Source of the DNA: Candidatus Krumholzibacteriales bacterium
GTDB lineage: Bacteria > Krumholzibacteriota > Krumholzibacteriia > Krumholzibacteriales > WJIX01
DNA: 64,000 bases
Direction of reading: 5' to 3'
Assembly: GCA_046483305.1 (NCBI GenBank)
Contig: JAWODM010000014.1
Coordinates: 63,925-127,924 of the forward strand
The position numbers and the translations under genes were made by a program. The notes beneath the pieces are model-generated. The model saw only the letters and a list, made by a program, of their open reading frames with translations. It was not told the DNA's origin and searched no databases. Shown piece by piece: positions 1-10,652 of this stretch. Positions within the stretch are counted from its first letter, which is position 1. Every line of letters begins with the position of its first letter.

Positions 1-37
1 AGAAAAAATCGATTAGACTGAAAGAAGGGTAGTTCCC

Positions 38-445
38 GTGACCGTATTCACCCATTTTTCTGCCGGGGCCCTGCTTGGCTATTTCTCTCCCGGGTTAGCT
101 TTCGCCGCTTTCCTGGGGCTGTTGAGTCATCTGCTGCTCGATTATCTGCCGCATTACGACTTTGAGAATGTATGGCTGGAAATATTATTGGGCTGCGCCG
201 TTCTGGGCTTTCTTATAGCGGGCAGGAGCTGCACCGCTAATATCTGTATGGGAGGACTGGTGGCGGTGCTGCCGGATGTGGAGAATCTGCTCTGGAAACT
301 GGGAGCGATCAGGCGGGAGAGGCGGATATTTCCATCTCACACCGGCCTGATACCCCACGGAAGGGAGGCCGGAAGACTCAATCTGGCGGCACAGGTTGTT
401 TTCTCTGCCACTGTTGTTGGTTTCCTGCTTTGGAGTAATAAATGA
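38..445 (+). CDS. small membrane protein, putative metal-dependent hydrolase (YdjM-like)
   Basis: Hydrophobic 135 aa with N-terminal TH, SHLLLDxLPH and LPD motifs. The stop overlaps the next ATG (ATGA). Confidence 0.55.
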   Translation: MTVFTHFSAGALLGYFSPGLAFAAFLGLLSHLLLDYLPHYDFENVWLEILLGCAVLGFLIAGRSCTANICMGGLVAVLPDVENLLWKLGAIRRERRIFPSHTGLIPHGREAGRLNLAAQVVFSATVVGFLLWSNK

Positions 446-3400
446 AAAGATTAATGATCATAATACTTGTTTTTGCCGTATCCACCCCGGCGCTGAGCTC
501 CGAGCCTCAGGTGAGGATTATAGATTCTGACGGCAGGGGAATGGTTGTGGAGGTAACCAGCCCTCCTTACCGGAGAATCCCCGGGCCTGGCGGCCCGGCC
601 AGCGGAGGAGAGATAATAGAAGTTCCCGGTTATGAATTGATTATGGAAGAAGACAGGCCGGTGCTTCCTCGCCGCAGGCATCTGTTCTCGGTTGGTTCCG
701 TCTCTGAGATAAAAGTAGAAGTTATTGAAACCGAAACGGAAATAATTGAGGGCGCCAAACCTGCCATATTCCATTACGGTTTTGAAATCAATCAGAATTT
801 ATGGGAGGGGGCCGGAATCCTGCCCGAAAAGGATAACAGCTTTGTATTTCTCAGAAAAGCCGGACTATACAGGAAGAAACCCCTCGCCCTGGTAGAGGTC
901 CGGCCGGTGATTTTCAATGAGGAAACGGGGCGGATGACATTCGCTTCCAGGATTTTATTCAGAATCTCTCACAGTTTCTCTGAGCCGGAAAGAGGAGCGG
1001 GCCTGCCCGGTTTCATACTGGGCGCAGGGGACGAAAGCCCCGTTTCGATAAGCAGGCCTGAAGCGCGGCATTCAGATTTCCAGTTTGGAGAATCAGATCA
1101 GTGGGTGAGGCTGGAAGTTCCGGAAACGGGGATATACAGGGTCGATTATGACGCCCTTCATGATAATGGAATAAACCTGATGGGGATCGATCCCTCCGGG
1201 ATACGAATCTTCTCAGGGGGGCATTTCTCACAGAATACCAATCTTTTTCAGCAGCCGGAGTCAGTCGTGGACGGGGGAAGTTTCAAACAGGATTACAGTA
1301 TGTCCGAGCATGCCATAAGGCTGGTTGGGATGGAGGACGGCACCTTCGATCCCGGCAACTATATTCTGTTCTTTGGCGTGGGAGTGGAAGGGTGGACTGA
1401 TTATCTGGAACCTGAGGCGGAATCTCACGAACGTTACGACAATCTCTACGAAAAGAATAATGTCTACTGGCTGAGCCTGGGAGGAAACTTCGCAGGCGAA
1501 CCGGCCAGAATGGAATCTCTTGATACCGCCCCCTCCGGCAGCTCGCCGGAGAACACCATTGATTCCTATATCGAGAGGCTCCATCTGGAGGAGGACCGGG
1601 AATATTTCCCGCTTATCTCCGACGACAGATGGGTATGGGATTTCCTGGTATCCGGGGGGAATAAATCCACCAGAAAGGAATTCAGCGTTCATGATATCGT
1701 GAGCAGCGGCTGCAGAATCAGAACTATCGGTTTCGGGGGAAAGGACAGCGTAACCGACCTGGCCAGGTGTTATCTCAATGACGTCCTGGTGGGGGAAATG
1801 GCCTGGATCGGCTCCGACGGCAGTTTCAACCCCGATACCCTTGATGTCAACGTATCCTCACTCAGAGAGAGCAGCAACTACTTTGAATACCGGAAAACAG
1901 ACAGCGGGATGGAGATGAATATATACTGGTATCAGGTTTTTTACGAGAGGTACCTCAGGCCCGATCCCGATTCCGGAGATCTTGATTTTTCCGCTCCGGG
2001 CGCCGGCGGATCCACCCGTTTCATCCTCACGGAGTTTTTCGGAGAAGACCCATTTATCTTCGATGTTACCGACTATTACAATCCGGTATTACTGGAAGGA
2101 GCATATTCTTCCAATGATTCGGTGATCTTCGATTACGGGCTCGGCACATCTTCCGGGCATTTCATGGCGGTTACCCCTTCCGGCATAAAGGAACCCGGGA
2201 TAGAGAATTCAGGCAGTATTCCTTCGTTGAGGGATGAACAGGCGCCTTCCTCCATGGTTGTGATATACCACGGCGCCTTCGAGGAAGCCGCTCTCGAGTA
2301 TGTGGCGCACCGTTCCGGAAATAATTCTCCGGGTGTGATAAGGGCGGTGGATATAGACGATGTCTATAATAATTTCTCCGGCGGGCTGAAGGATCCCCTG
2401 GCAATAAGAAATTATCTGAAATACCTGTATGACAACTATTCAGAGGGCGGGGAACCGGCGATAGAATACGCCCTGCTGATGGGAAAGGGAACTTTCGATC
2501 CCAAGGATATCAAGGGGGCGGGGAAGGATTTCATTCCATTCTTCTACAGGACCGTGGGGGGATTTAATGTTTTCGTGGAATACGATGACTTCCTGGCCAG
2601 GCTGGACGACACCGGCGACGACTTCGTGGATATCGCCATGGGAAGGCTGCCCTTTCAGAATTCGCAGGGGGCGGGTAATTACATGGACAAGCTCCGGGGT
2701 TACGAAGCGGAAGATAACAACGGCGCCTGGAAGAATAAACTCATATTCGTGGCCGACGATGAACATCAGGGAGACAGCCACACGCAGTTTGAGCATATGC
2801 AGCAGACCGAACGGATGAGTTCCAACGCAATTAAGCGGGATCATTTCGATATCAGCGAAGTTTATCTTCACGAATATCCATTTGACGGTTCCACCAAACC
2901 GGAGGCCGCGGCGGCTCTCGCGGAGGAATGGAATGAGGGAGGTCTGCTGGTCTGTTATTTCGGACACGGTTCTCCATACCAGCTGGCGGACGAGCTGGTA
3001 CTTAAGAAGTCAGATATATATTCTCTGAATAACGGTAACCGGCTGCCCCTGTTCCTGCCTCTTTCCTGTTCGGTGGGGGATCAGGAAAAGTTATATGATA
3101 CATCCCTGTCGGAAGATCTGATCCTCGCCGAAGGAAGGGGGGCTATTGCCTCCATCGCGGCGGTGACCATAACACTGCCCACCTGGAATGAGGATATGTG
3201 CCGTCTCTTTCTGCTGAGGTTGTGGCCGGAGGGGACCCTTGATTCCGAAACGGTGGGGAAGGCCCTGAGTTACGCTAAAATAAACAGCCTGACCGCGTAT
3301 CCCTATATCCTTTCCGGCGACCCCTCCATGAAAATGGCAATGCCCGAGCTCAACGTCAGGCATGATTACTCCACCATCGACACCCTGGTTACCGGGTTCA

Positions 3401-4356
3401 GATACTCGGAGAGGGGTTCGGTAATGGTGGATGGCTCTCTTGACCCCGGGTTCAACGGAACCGCCGAAATAATCGTTCGGGAAGCAGAAAAGCGGTTTGA
3501 AGTTAATAATTATGATTATAACCACGAGGGCGCGGTAATGTACCGGGGAACCTCGGAGATAACCGGAGGTATATTCGATTTCCAGTTTGTAGTGCCTCTT
3601 CGCTGCAGGATAGGCGACCGGGCCAGGCTTAGAAGTTATGTCTACAGCGATGATTACCGTGACGGCGTGGGCGCCTGTGATACCCTCAGGATTATCCAGA
3701 ATTCCACGCCTCCGGCAAACGACGGGCCTCCCAGAGTCAGCATGTACTTCAACAATATGGCTACCAGGGTTAAAAAGGGCTCGCGGCTGTTTGTTGATAT
3801 AGCTGATGATAACGGTATAGCCATACTGGGCAAGGATCCCCAGAATTCGATATTGCTGGAGTTCGATGACAGCGGATACCCCATACAGGTTACGGATTAT
3901 TTCCAGTATGATCATAATTCATACACCAGCGGAGGGCTGGAATACTCACTGAATGAGGATTTTGATATCGGAGACCACTCGGTTCTCCTGAGGGTATTCG
4001 ACAATCTCGGGGAGATGTCGACCGATACCCTGAACTTCTCCATAGTCGAAGAGGGGGTGCATAAGATAAGTGATGCCTTTAACTTCCCCAATCCGCTGAG
4101 TGAGAGCACCAATTTTGTCTTCCAGCTTACCTCGCCGGCGAAGGTGAAATTTGCGATTTATAATCTTTCCGGAAAGAAGATCTGGGAGAGAAGGATCAGC
4201 GCAGTGGAAGGATACAACAGCATTTACTGGGATGGAACGGATTATGCGAATAATACTGTCGCTAACGGAACTTATATATACCTGATAGACGCGAAATTCC
4301 CCGGAACACTGGGACGAAACGAGAAAGTGAAGGGCAAGGTGGTAGTTCTCAAATAG
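442..4356 (+). CDS. porU: PorU-like type IX secretion sortase (peptidase C25/gingipain family) with FlgD-Ig-type CTD
   Basis: Signal peptide; GIYRVDY and YILFFG N-terminal PorU-like motifs; IRNYLKYLY, GRLP and FVADD; catalytic GHG and LSC; CTD FNFPNP...WDG...NGTYIY...KVVVLK; sits directly upstream of PorV. Confidence 0.8.
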   Translation: MKRLMIIILVFAVSTPALSSEPQVRIIDSDGRGMVVEVTSPPYRRIPGPGGPASGGEIIEVPGYELIMEEDRPVLPRRRHLFSVGSVSEIKVEVIETETEIIEGAKPAIFHYGFEINQNLWEGAGILPEKDNSFVFLRKAGLYRKKPLALVEVRPVIFNEETGRMTFASRILFRISHSFSEPERGAGLPGFILGAGDESPVSISRPEARHSDFQFGESDQWVRLEVPETGIYRVDYDALHDNGINLMGIDPSGIRIFSGGHFSQNTNLFQQPESVVDGGSFKQDYSMSEHAIRLVGMEDGTFDPGNYILFFGVGVEGWTDYLEPEAESHERYDNLYEKNNVYWLSLGGNFAGEPARMESLDTAPSGSSPENTIDSYIERLHLEEDREYFPLISDDRWVWDFLVSGGNKSTRKEFSVHDIVSSGCRIRTIGFGGKDSVTDLARCYLNDVLVGEMAWIGSDGSFNPDTLDVNVSSLRESSNYFEYRKTDSGMEMNIYWYQVFYERYLRPDPDSGDLDFSAPGAGGSTRFILTEFFGEDPFIFDVTDYYNPVLLEGAYSSNDSVIFDYGLGTSSGHFMAVTPSGIKEPGIENSGSIPSLRDEQAPSSMVVIYHGAFEEAALEYVAHRSGNNSPGVIRAVDIDDVYNNFSGGLKDPLAIRNYLKYLYDNYSEGGEPAIEYALLMGKGTFDPKDIKGAGKDFIPFFYRTVGGFNVFVEYDDFLARLDDTGDDFVDIAMGRLPFQNSQGAGNYMDKLRGYEAEDNNGAWKNKLIFVADDEHQGDSHTQFEHMQQTERMSSNAIKRDHFDISEVYLHEYPFDGSTKPEAAAALAEEWNEGGLLVCYFGHGSPYQLADELVLKKSDIYSLNNGNRLPLFLPLSCSVGDQEKLYDTSLSEDLILAEGRGAIASIAAVTITLPTWNEDMCRLFLLRLWPEGTLDSETVGKALSYAKINSLTAYPYILSGDPSMKMAMPELNVRHDYSTIDTLVTGFRYSERGSVMVDGSLDPGFNGTAEIIVREAEKRFEVNNYDYNHEGAVMYRGTSEITGGIFDFQFVVPLRCRIGDRARLRSYVYSDDYRDGVGACDTLRIIQNSTPPANDGPPRVSMYFNNMATRVKKGSRLFVDIADDNGIAILGKDPQNSILLEFDDSGYPIQVTDYFQYDHNSYTSGGLEYSLNEDFDIGDHSVLLRVFDNLGEMSTDTLNFSIVEEGVHKISDAFNFPNPLSESTNFVFQLTSPAKVKFAIYNLSGKKIWERRISAVEGYNSIYWDGTDYANNTVANGTYIYLIDAKFPGTLGRNEKVKGKVVVLK

Positions 4357-4450
4357 TATCCTGAATCTTTCCGGGGAGCGGAATGTTTACTGCTTGACCG
4401 GGTAAGGTAACAATTATTATTTTAAGGTGGTATCAAAGAGAGGAAATGAT

Positions 4451-5449
4451 ATGAAAAAAATTACTGCAGCTTTGTTGTCAGTCTTAACAGCAATTCTTCT
4501 GATCCCCGCCGGCGATACCTTCGCTCAGGGACAGGCGGGAGCATACTGTCTGAAGATAGCGCCCGGCGCAAGAGCTAATGGAATGGGTGGAAGCAGTGTG
4601 GCTATGGTCGAGGACGCTACCAGTCTCTGGTGGAACCCGGCCGGAATGTCCATGCTGGAATATTCAATGGCGGATATAATGCATACCAAACTGGTACCTA
4701 CACTGGCCGCCGATGTTTTCTTTGAATATGCCGGCATAGTTCACCACCTGGGTAGCGGGATCAGTGTGGGGTTCGCTTTTCAGTACCTCTCCTACGGCGA
4801 GTGGGTGGCCACCGATGAAGGCGGAGAAGAGCTCGGAAACGCCAGCAGTTACGAGATGTCTCCCATGGTAGGCGCCTCCATGAAACTGGGCGAGAATTTC
4901 AGCGTGGGTATGAACTTCAAGTTTGTATATATCGATCTGGCGCCGAAGTGGGCTACGGTGGAGGGAGAAGAAGGTGTGGGGCATTCCGTGGGCCTGGATA
5001 TAGGATGCCTTTACAGGATCCCTGAATTCAGCTATGCCGGCTACAGGGTAACCGGATTGCGGCTGGGAGCGGCCATATCCAACCTGGGGCCGTCCATTAC
5101 CTATATCGACAGCGATCAGGCGGCCCCTCTGCCCCGGACCGTCAGGGTAGGGTTCGGTTATACCGCAGTCAGCAGCGAGCTGTTCGAGGTGAACGTGGCA
5201 GGTGACGTGGAAAGGCTGCTGATAGACGGAGATATCGATCCGATATATCATGCCGGGAGTGAGTTCGTCTATACCGACCTTTTCGCGGTCAGAGTCGGTT
5301 ATCTGTATGATAAGGACGGCGACGTCAAGGGTGTAAGCTACGGGCTGGGATTCAATATAAGCAACCGCATCAGGATTGATTACGGTAACGTTCCCCAGCA
5401 TGAGGACCTTGACAGAGTGCACCGATGGTCACTGGGCCTTAATTTCTAG
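4451..5449 (+). CDS. porV: PorV/PorQ-family outer-membrane beta-barrel
   Basis: LKIAPGARANGMG...DATSLWWNPAG motif, NLGP...APLP, terminal Phe. Start moved to ATG 4451, after GAGG. Confidence 0.8.
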   Translation: MKKITAALLSVLTAILLIPAGDTFAQGQAGAYCLKIAPGARANGMGGSSVAMVEDATSLWWNPAGMSMLEYSMADIMHTKLVPTLAADVFFEYAGIVHHLGSGISVGFAFQYLSYGEWVATDEGGEELGNASSYEMSPMVGASMKLGENFSVGMNFKFVYIDLAPKWATVEGEEGVGHSVGLDIGCLYRIPEFSYAGYRVTGLRLGAAISNLGPSITYIDSDQAAPLPRTVRVGFGYTAVSSELFEVNVAGDVERLLIDGDIDPIYHAGSEFVYTDLFAVRVGYLYDKDGDVKGVSYGLGFNISNRIRIDYGNVPQHEDLDRVHRWSLGLNF

Positions 5450-5475
5450 AATCCCCTGGAAAGGTTATTATTGAG

Positions 5476-8400
5476 TTGCGCTTAATTCGATATAGATGGT
5501 TATCTGCTGCGTTGCTACTGGTATCGTTAATCTTTCCGCGAACCGGAAGCGCTTCGGACAAACTGCCGGTTCTGGAAAAACTCCCCTCGGGGAACCTGAT
5601 CATAACGGGCCGCTACACGGCTGGCCGCCGGGAGAACTATCCGCGAAGAAGAAGGTTTAATTACGACCGGCCGTCCATGAGGGAATTCAAAAGGAGGGAT
5701 GCCAGGCCTCCCCTTCGGTCTTCCGCGGAAGTATCCGGAACCCGGCACGTAGCCCTGATAAGAATAGGATTCAATACTGACCGGAAAGACGGCCTTTCCA
5801 GCCTGGATATAAATGCCGGCGAGGGTGGGTTTATCCTGGAGCCGGATCAAGACTGGATTATAGATCCCCCTCCGCATGACAGAGACTACTTTAACGCACA
5901 TATGACCTGCCTGAGAAACTATTATCATGCTCAGTCCTGCGGCAGGCTCGATATTACCTGGGAAATATTCCCCGCCGCCGACAACAGCTGCTACAAGCTC
6001 TCCGACCTCGCCGATTACGGGCCCGGAAGCGGGATGTGGACAACCGGCCAGCTGGTTGATTTTGTTCACGCCTCTCTGGATGTAGCCGATCCGGATGTTG
6101 ACTATACCCGGTTCGATGCAGTGATTATAGCTCACGCCGGTCCAAATCTTCAGAGCGACGTAAACAATGATACCCCCAATGATGTCCCGTCATTCTTCGC
6201 CCGGCTGGGAGATGAAGACCGGTTTGAAACCGGCGACGGATTAATAATTACCGATTGTTCGGTAATTCCGGAGACCGGTATTCAGGATGGTTACTACTCC
6301 GGCATTTCGGCTGTTCTGGCCCATGAATTCGGCCATCAGCTGGGCCTTCCGGACCTGTACGATATTACCAGCGGCGGAACCGGCATAGGGATCTGGGGCA
6401 ATATGGGAAGCGGCGGCCAGCTGGGAGTATCTCTGGGAGGGGAGCGGATAGACGGGATTATTCCTGCCGGCCTCAGCGCCTGGTCCCGGTACTACCTGGG
6501 ATGGGTCGAGGCGGATACCGTGGAATCTTTCAGAGAGGCCATGGAGATTCCCGCCGTGGAGAAGGTTCCGGCTGAGATAATAAGGATAGATATATCCAAT
6601 GACGAATACTTTCTTATAGAGAACAGGTGCGTGGAGATTGATCAGTATCTGACTCTCCTGATAGCCGACCAGGAAACCGGTGTGGTGCTGGGTGTCTACA
6701 ACTGCAAAAACTGCACGGAAGAGAACATTTACGACGATGGATTCATTTATGATCTTGAACTCTCCACCGAATATGACTGTCTTCTGCCGGTGGACCCGGA
6801 TCTTCCCGCGGGGCCGTTTGACATTAAGCCTGATTTCGGGCCTGGCCTGCTGATATGGCACATAGACGAGAGGCTGATTGCGTCCAGGTGGGAGGATAAC
6901 ACGCTCAACAGCCGAGAACCATTCTCGATAAGGCTTATGGAAGCCGGGGGGGTTCTGGATATAGGCGATCCCACTTCGCCGCTCAGCTACGGCAATTACG
7001 ATGACGCTTATTACCAGGGCAACAGCAATAGCTTTTCAGATGTGACCATACCCGGCGCGTGGAGTAATATGGGAGTCCCTTCGGGGGTGACGGTGGAGAA
7101 TATCTCGGCCAGGGATACTGTGATGACTTTCGACGGAGGAAGAAGGGCGGTTCTTGAAGCGGGGAATATATTCGCCGATACGCTCCCTGCTGCCGAATGC
7201 CTGTTACCGGTGGGGAGCCAGCCCGGAATGCTGGCGGTTGATCATCAGGGAAACGGCTGGCTGGACGGGATGCCATTCCCGGTTTTCAGCATTGGCTCTT
7301 CCCCGCTGCTTCCTTCTGCTTACGGGCCGGGTTTCGCGCTTGGCGGGGATGCGGTAATTATAGGAGATGCGGAAGGGTATATTCACGCGATTTCTATCTC
7401 AGACTGGTCTGAGGCTGGCGGGAACTGGCCGGTTGCCACCTCCGGATTGAGCGCATACCCGGTGGTTATGGAAATGGAAACAGGAATGGCGGTGGCGGCT
7501 GCGGATGAGGAGGGCAGAATTTCCGTGTTGAACAGCTCGGGCGTGGAAGAATATTCGTTTCAGCTGCCGTCAGGACAGGTAAACGCGGCTAACATTTCGG
7601 CTGTGGTCGATTCTGCGGGGCTTACCGGCCGGCTGATCTTCTTATCGGCGGGGGACAATTCGGTATACCTGTGGTGGTGGAATTTCATCCTCGGAGAGTC
7701 CGAATCCGTGAGACTTCCGGTTTCAGCTGATGAAGTATCGGGCGCCGCTGCACTGGCTGCCGGCGATATCCTGCCCGGGAAAACGGGTTTGGAGGTATAT
7801 CTGACCGCTCTGCGGGCGGGAAAGATCTATCTCTGCTCCGCTGACGGGGTAATATTCGAGAGAGATCTCGGCCAGGGGGTCCAGCCCCCCGCGGTGGTGG
7901 ATATCAACGGAGATACCGTTCTGGATATAGTAGTTACCGACGGAGAGTCCATATATGCCATCTCAGCTTCGGGGGCCAATCTTACCGGCTGGCCCAGGAA
8001 GATTAACGGCATGCATAATTTCCGGCGCAGGCAGAAGATAGCCGTTCCGGTTTCCGCTGTCGGAAGCGGAGGCGGGGCCAGGGTGATTGCCGTTTCGACG
8101 GACGGAATTATATTTACTCTGGATCACCGGGGGGAGCTGCTGGGCGGCGGCTATCCTGAAAGGATAGCCGGATCGGTAAGACAGGCGCCGCTATTTGTCG
8201 ATATGGGCGGAGAAGGCGCTTTCGGTTTTATCGATGTCCTGGAGAACGGGACCGGAGAATATTACCAGAACAGGCCTGAGGCAATCAGAGTCAAATGGAG
8301 ATCCGGGCCTTTCCGGCCGGATGAGATAGCGACTTCCTGGTTCGGCTCAAGCGCTGATGCAATGCGAAGATCGTTTGCGACTGGAGTGGGTAGATGGAGC

Positions 8401-8700
8401 AGCCCCTCGGCGAATTGGGCCGCCATGGACGATAACCTGATAATTTATCCGAACCCGGTTGAGGGGGGAAGGGCCGGTTTTCAGTTCAGGGCTCCTTCCG
8501 GATCTCACGCTTCTCTGATGGTATTCAATATTTCCGGAGAGATCGTGCTCCAGAGGGAAAAGAGGTGTGAGGGAGGAGAGGAACATGAAATACCGGTACA
8601 GCTGTCCGGCACCGGTTCCGGGGTTTACATCGCCCGCCTGGTGATTACCTCCGGAGGAAGAAGCTTCAAGACACTTAAGAAATTTGCTGTAGTAAATTAA
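5476..8700 (+). CDS. M6 (immune inhibitor A-like) metalloprotease with FG-GAP-like repeats and T9SS CTD
   Basis: HEFGHQLGLPDLY zinc motif, IIAHAG, EYFLIENR, GLLIWHID, DINGD repeat, C-terminal IYPNP...GVYIARL...KKFAVVN. Confidence 0.85.
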   Translation: MRLIRYRWLSAALLLVSLIFPRTGSASDKLPVLEKLPSGNLIITGRYTAGRRENYPRRRRFNYDRPSMREFKRRDARPPLRSSAEVSGTRHVALIRIGFNTDRKDGLSSLDINAGEGGFILEPDQDWIIDPPPHDRDYFNAHMTCLRNYYHAQSCGRLDITWEIFPAADNSCYKLSDLADYGPGSGMWTTGQLVDFVHASLDVADPDVDYTRFDAVIIAHAGPNLQSDVNNDTPNDVPSFFARLGDEDRFETGDGLIITDCSVIPETGIQDGYYSGISAVLAHEFGHQLGLPDLYDITSGGTGIGIWGNMGSGGQLGVSLGGERIDGIIPAGLSAWSRYYLGWVEADTVESFREAMEIPAVEKVPAEIIRIDISNDEYFLIENRCVEIDQYLTLLIADQETGVVLGVYNCKNCTEENIYDDGFIYDLELSTEYDCLLPVDPDLPAGPFDIKPDFGPGLLIWHIDERLIASRWEDNTLNSREPFSIRLMEAGGVLDIGDPTSPLSYGNYDDAYYQGNSNSFSDVTIPGAWSNMGVPSGVTVENISARDTVMTFDGGRRAVLEAGNIFADTLPAAECLLPVGSQPGMLAVDHQGNGWLDGMPFPVFSIGSSPLLPSAYGPGFALGGDAVIIGDAEGYIHAISISDWSEAGGNWPVATSGLSAYPVVMEMETGMAVAAADEEGRISVLNSSGVEEYSFQLPSGQVNAANISAVVDSAGLTGRLIFLSAGDNSVYLWWWNFILGESESVRLPVSADEVSGAAALAAGDILPGKTGLEVYLTALRAGKIYLCSADGVIFERDLGQGVQPPAVVDINGDTVLDIVVTDGESIYAISASGANLTGWPRKINGMHNFRRRQKIAVPVSAVGSGGGARVIAVSTDGIIFTLDHRGELLGGGYPERIAGSVRQAPLFVDMGGEGAFGFIDVLENGTGEYYQNRPEAIRVKWRSGPFRPDEIATSWFGSSADAMRRSFATGVGRWSSPSANWAAMDDNLIIYPNPVEGGRAGFQFRAPSGSHASLMVFNISGEIVLQREKRCEGGEEHEIPVQLSGTGSGVYIARLVITSGGRSFKTLKKFAVVN

Positions 8701-8710
8701 GGGAGTCAGG

Positions 8711-9706
8711 ATGTCAAGAGCAGGAAAGCGCATCACGGCGGCAGCGGTTCTGATACTGTTTCAGGCGGCCGGAAATTTCTCGGAGGCAGAAGGCAGCGGC
8801 CTTCTGACGGCTCCTTCCAGTCTGAAACTTTCCCATTCCGAAAGAATCGAAAGCAGAAGGAACGAAAGACTGGTCTCAATATTCGATCAGAACAGAGATT
8901 TCAGAATCGCCTCCGGCGGCAGCTCGGAGGAGGCCCTTCGCCTCAACGGGGAAAGGATTCTTTCTCCCGGTATGGTGGCACCTGACAGGGATTCCGGGCC
9001 ATACACCGCTGCCGGCAGGAGAAAAAGGAATATGGCGATATCGATTATCGGCTCGGCCCTGCTTCCCGGGCTGGGCGAGATGTATATGTATTCCAGAACC
9101 GGAGAAAAATCGATCCTTGGCCGGGCTCTGGGGTTTATCGCGTTCGAAGCGTACCTGTGGTACGGATATTTGCACAATCACGACAGGGGCAAGGATTTCA
9201 AGCGTCAGTACGAAGAATACGGCGACGCTCACTGGAGCCAGGAAAGGTTCCTTCAGAACCATCCGATCTGTTATACTACCTTTCAGGGGGGGTGCGACAG
9301 CTGGCAGCAGTACAATGAGATAGGTTCAGATGATCACTCTTCAGAATATTTCTATTTCTTCTATACCGCCAAAGAGGTGGACAGGGAGGAATATTACGAG
9401 AATATGGGCAAATACGATGCCTTCCTCTACGGCTGGGACGACTGGAACGGGGAGTACCTGCACGAGGGGGGAGAGCCCAACTACTGGACCCCTCATAGAA
9501 CGTATTACTGGGACCTTCGGGGAGAGAGTAATAAATACCTGCTCAGGGCGGATTACCATGTAATGGGAATGATCGCGGCCAGGGTTGTTTCGATGGTCCA
9601 GGCCGGATGGATAGCCCACAACCGGGGGTCAGCGCCGGAGGAATGGTCTCTGGAGATAGACAAATCACCCCTGGATTACAGATGCAGCATTAACTACAGG
9701 TTTTAG
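8711..9706 (+). CDS. conserved exported/membrane protein (SxLLPGLG motif, DUF5683-like), paralog 1
   Basis: Signal peptide, SALLPGLGEMY, a TM-like helix, YYENMGKYD, ends in INYRF. Confidence 0.6.
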   Translation: MSRAGKRITAAAVLILFQAAGNFSEAEGSGLLTAPSSLKLSHSERIESRRNERLVSIFDQNRDFRIASGGSSEEALRLNGERILSPGMVAPDRDSGPYTAAGRRKRNMAISIIGSALLPGLGEMYMYSRTGEKSILGRALGFIAFEAYLWYGYLHNHDRGKDFKRQYEEYGDAHWSQERFLQNHPICYTTFQGGCDSWQQYNEIGSDDHSSEYFYFFYTAKEVDREEYYENMGKYDAFLYGWDDWNGEYLHEGGEPNYWTPHRTYYWDLRGESNKYLLRADYHVMGMIAARVVSMVQAGWIAHNRGSAPEEWSLEIDKSPLDYRCSINYRF

Positions 9707-9720
9707 GGAGGAGATAGAAT

Positions 9721-10596
9721 TTGCGTAAAATATTTGTTTTCATAACAGTGATTTTCCTGCCGGTAAACCTGTTTTCCTCATCTCTTTCCATGGACCCGGC
9801 GCCGGTCCCTGAACCGGAACAGAAAAGGTCGGTTTTCAGAAGTTCATATTCGATAGGCGGTTCCGGCTCAGGTGGCATCAGGCTCTCTCTGGCCGGCAGG
9901 GAAGGGATCAAATTACAGCTCCTGAGCGCCAGGCGGGGCTATGGCTTTGACGGCACCTTTGAACCCGGCAGCCGTGATTATTCCACAGGAGGGATTATAG
10001 CCCGCAATGTGCTTCTGCCCGGACTGGGCCAGCGGAAGATGGGACAGAGAATGCGCTCCCGGATATATTTTTTCCTGGAAGGAGCCGCCTGGGTGGGACT
10101 GGGCACGTTCTTCTGGCAGAAAATGGCCAGGACCGGCGCGTACGAGGAGTACGCGGTGGCCTACGCCGGTGTGGAAGAAAAAGGGCTTTCAGAGGATTAC
10201 TATGAGACCATCGGCAATTTCATGAGCAGCGACGGCCCGGGCGGGTATAACGAATATGTTATGAGAGAAGCCAGGGACCTTTACTACCCCGACCAGGAGG
10301 CCATACAGGACTATTATGAGGCCAATGCTCTGACTGGCGACCAGTCCTGGAGATGGCTTTCCGAGAGTACCTATGACAAATATAATTCACTCCGCAAGGG
10401 AGCAAACAGCTCCGAGAGAAGGGCGGTTTATTCCCTGTTCTTTATGCTGGGATTGAGGCTGATCAGCAACATCGATGCGGTCAGGTCTATTATGACCGAT
10501 GAAGGAGATCAGGAGCAGGCCGGACAGGGCGGGGCAGCCATAGATATTCATCAGAACGGGGAAGGTATTTCCGTCGTTCTGAAACGGCCCTTCTGA
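9721..10596 (+). CDS. conserved exported/membrane protein (LLPGLGQ motif), paralog 2
   Basis: Same layout as the preceding gene: LLPGLGQ, FFLEGAAW, YYETIGNF, YNSLRKGAN; ends in Phe. Confidence 0.6.
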   Translation: MRKIFVFITVIFLPVNLFSSSLSMDPAPVPEPEQKRSVFRSSYSIGGSGSGGIRLSLAGREGIKLQLLSARRGYGFDGTFEPGSRDYSTGGIIARNVLLPGLGQRKMGQRMRSRIYFFLEGAAWVGLGTFFWQKMARTGAYEEYAVAYAGVEEKGLSEDYYETIGNFMSSDGPGGYNEYVMREARDLYYPDQEAIQDYYEANALTGDQSWRWLSESTYDKYNSLRKGANSSERRAVYSLFFMLGLRLISNIDAVRSIMTDEGDQEQAGQGGAAIDIHQNGEGISVVLKRPF

Positions 10597-10652
10597 TCGA
10601 ACCGGCGGCGCCGGCAGCCAGCCCGCCTCTTTCTGCAGGGACAGATTCGGAT

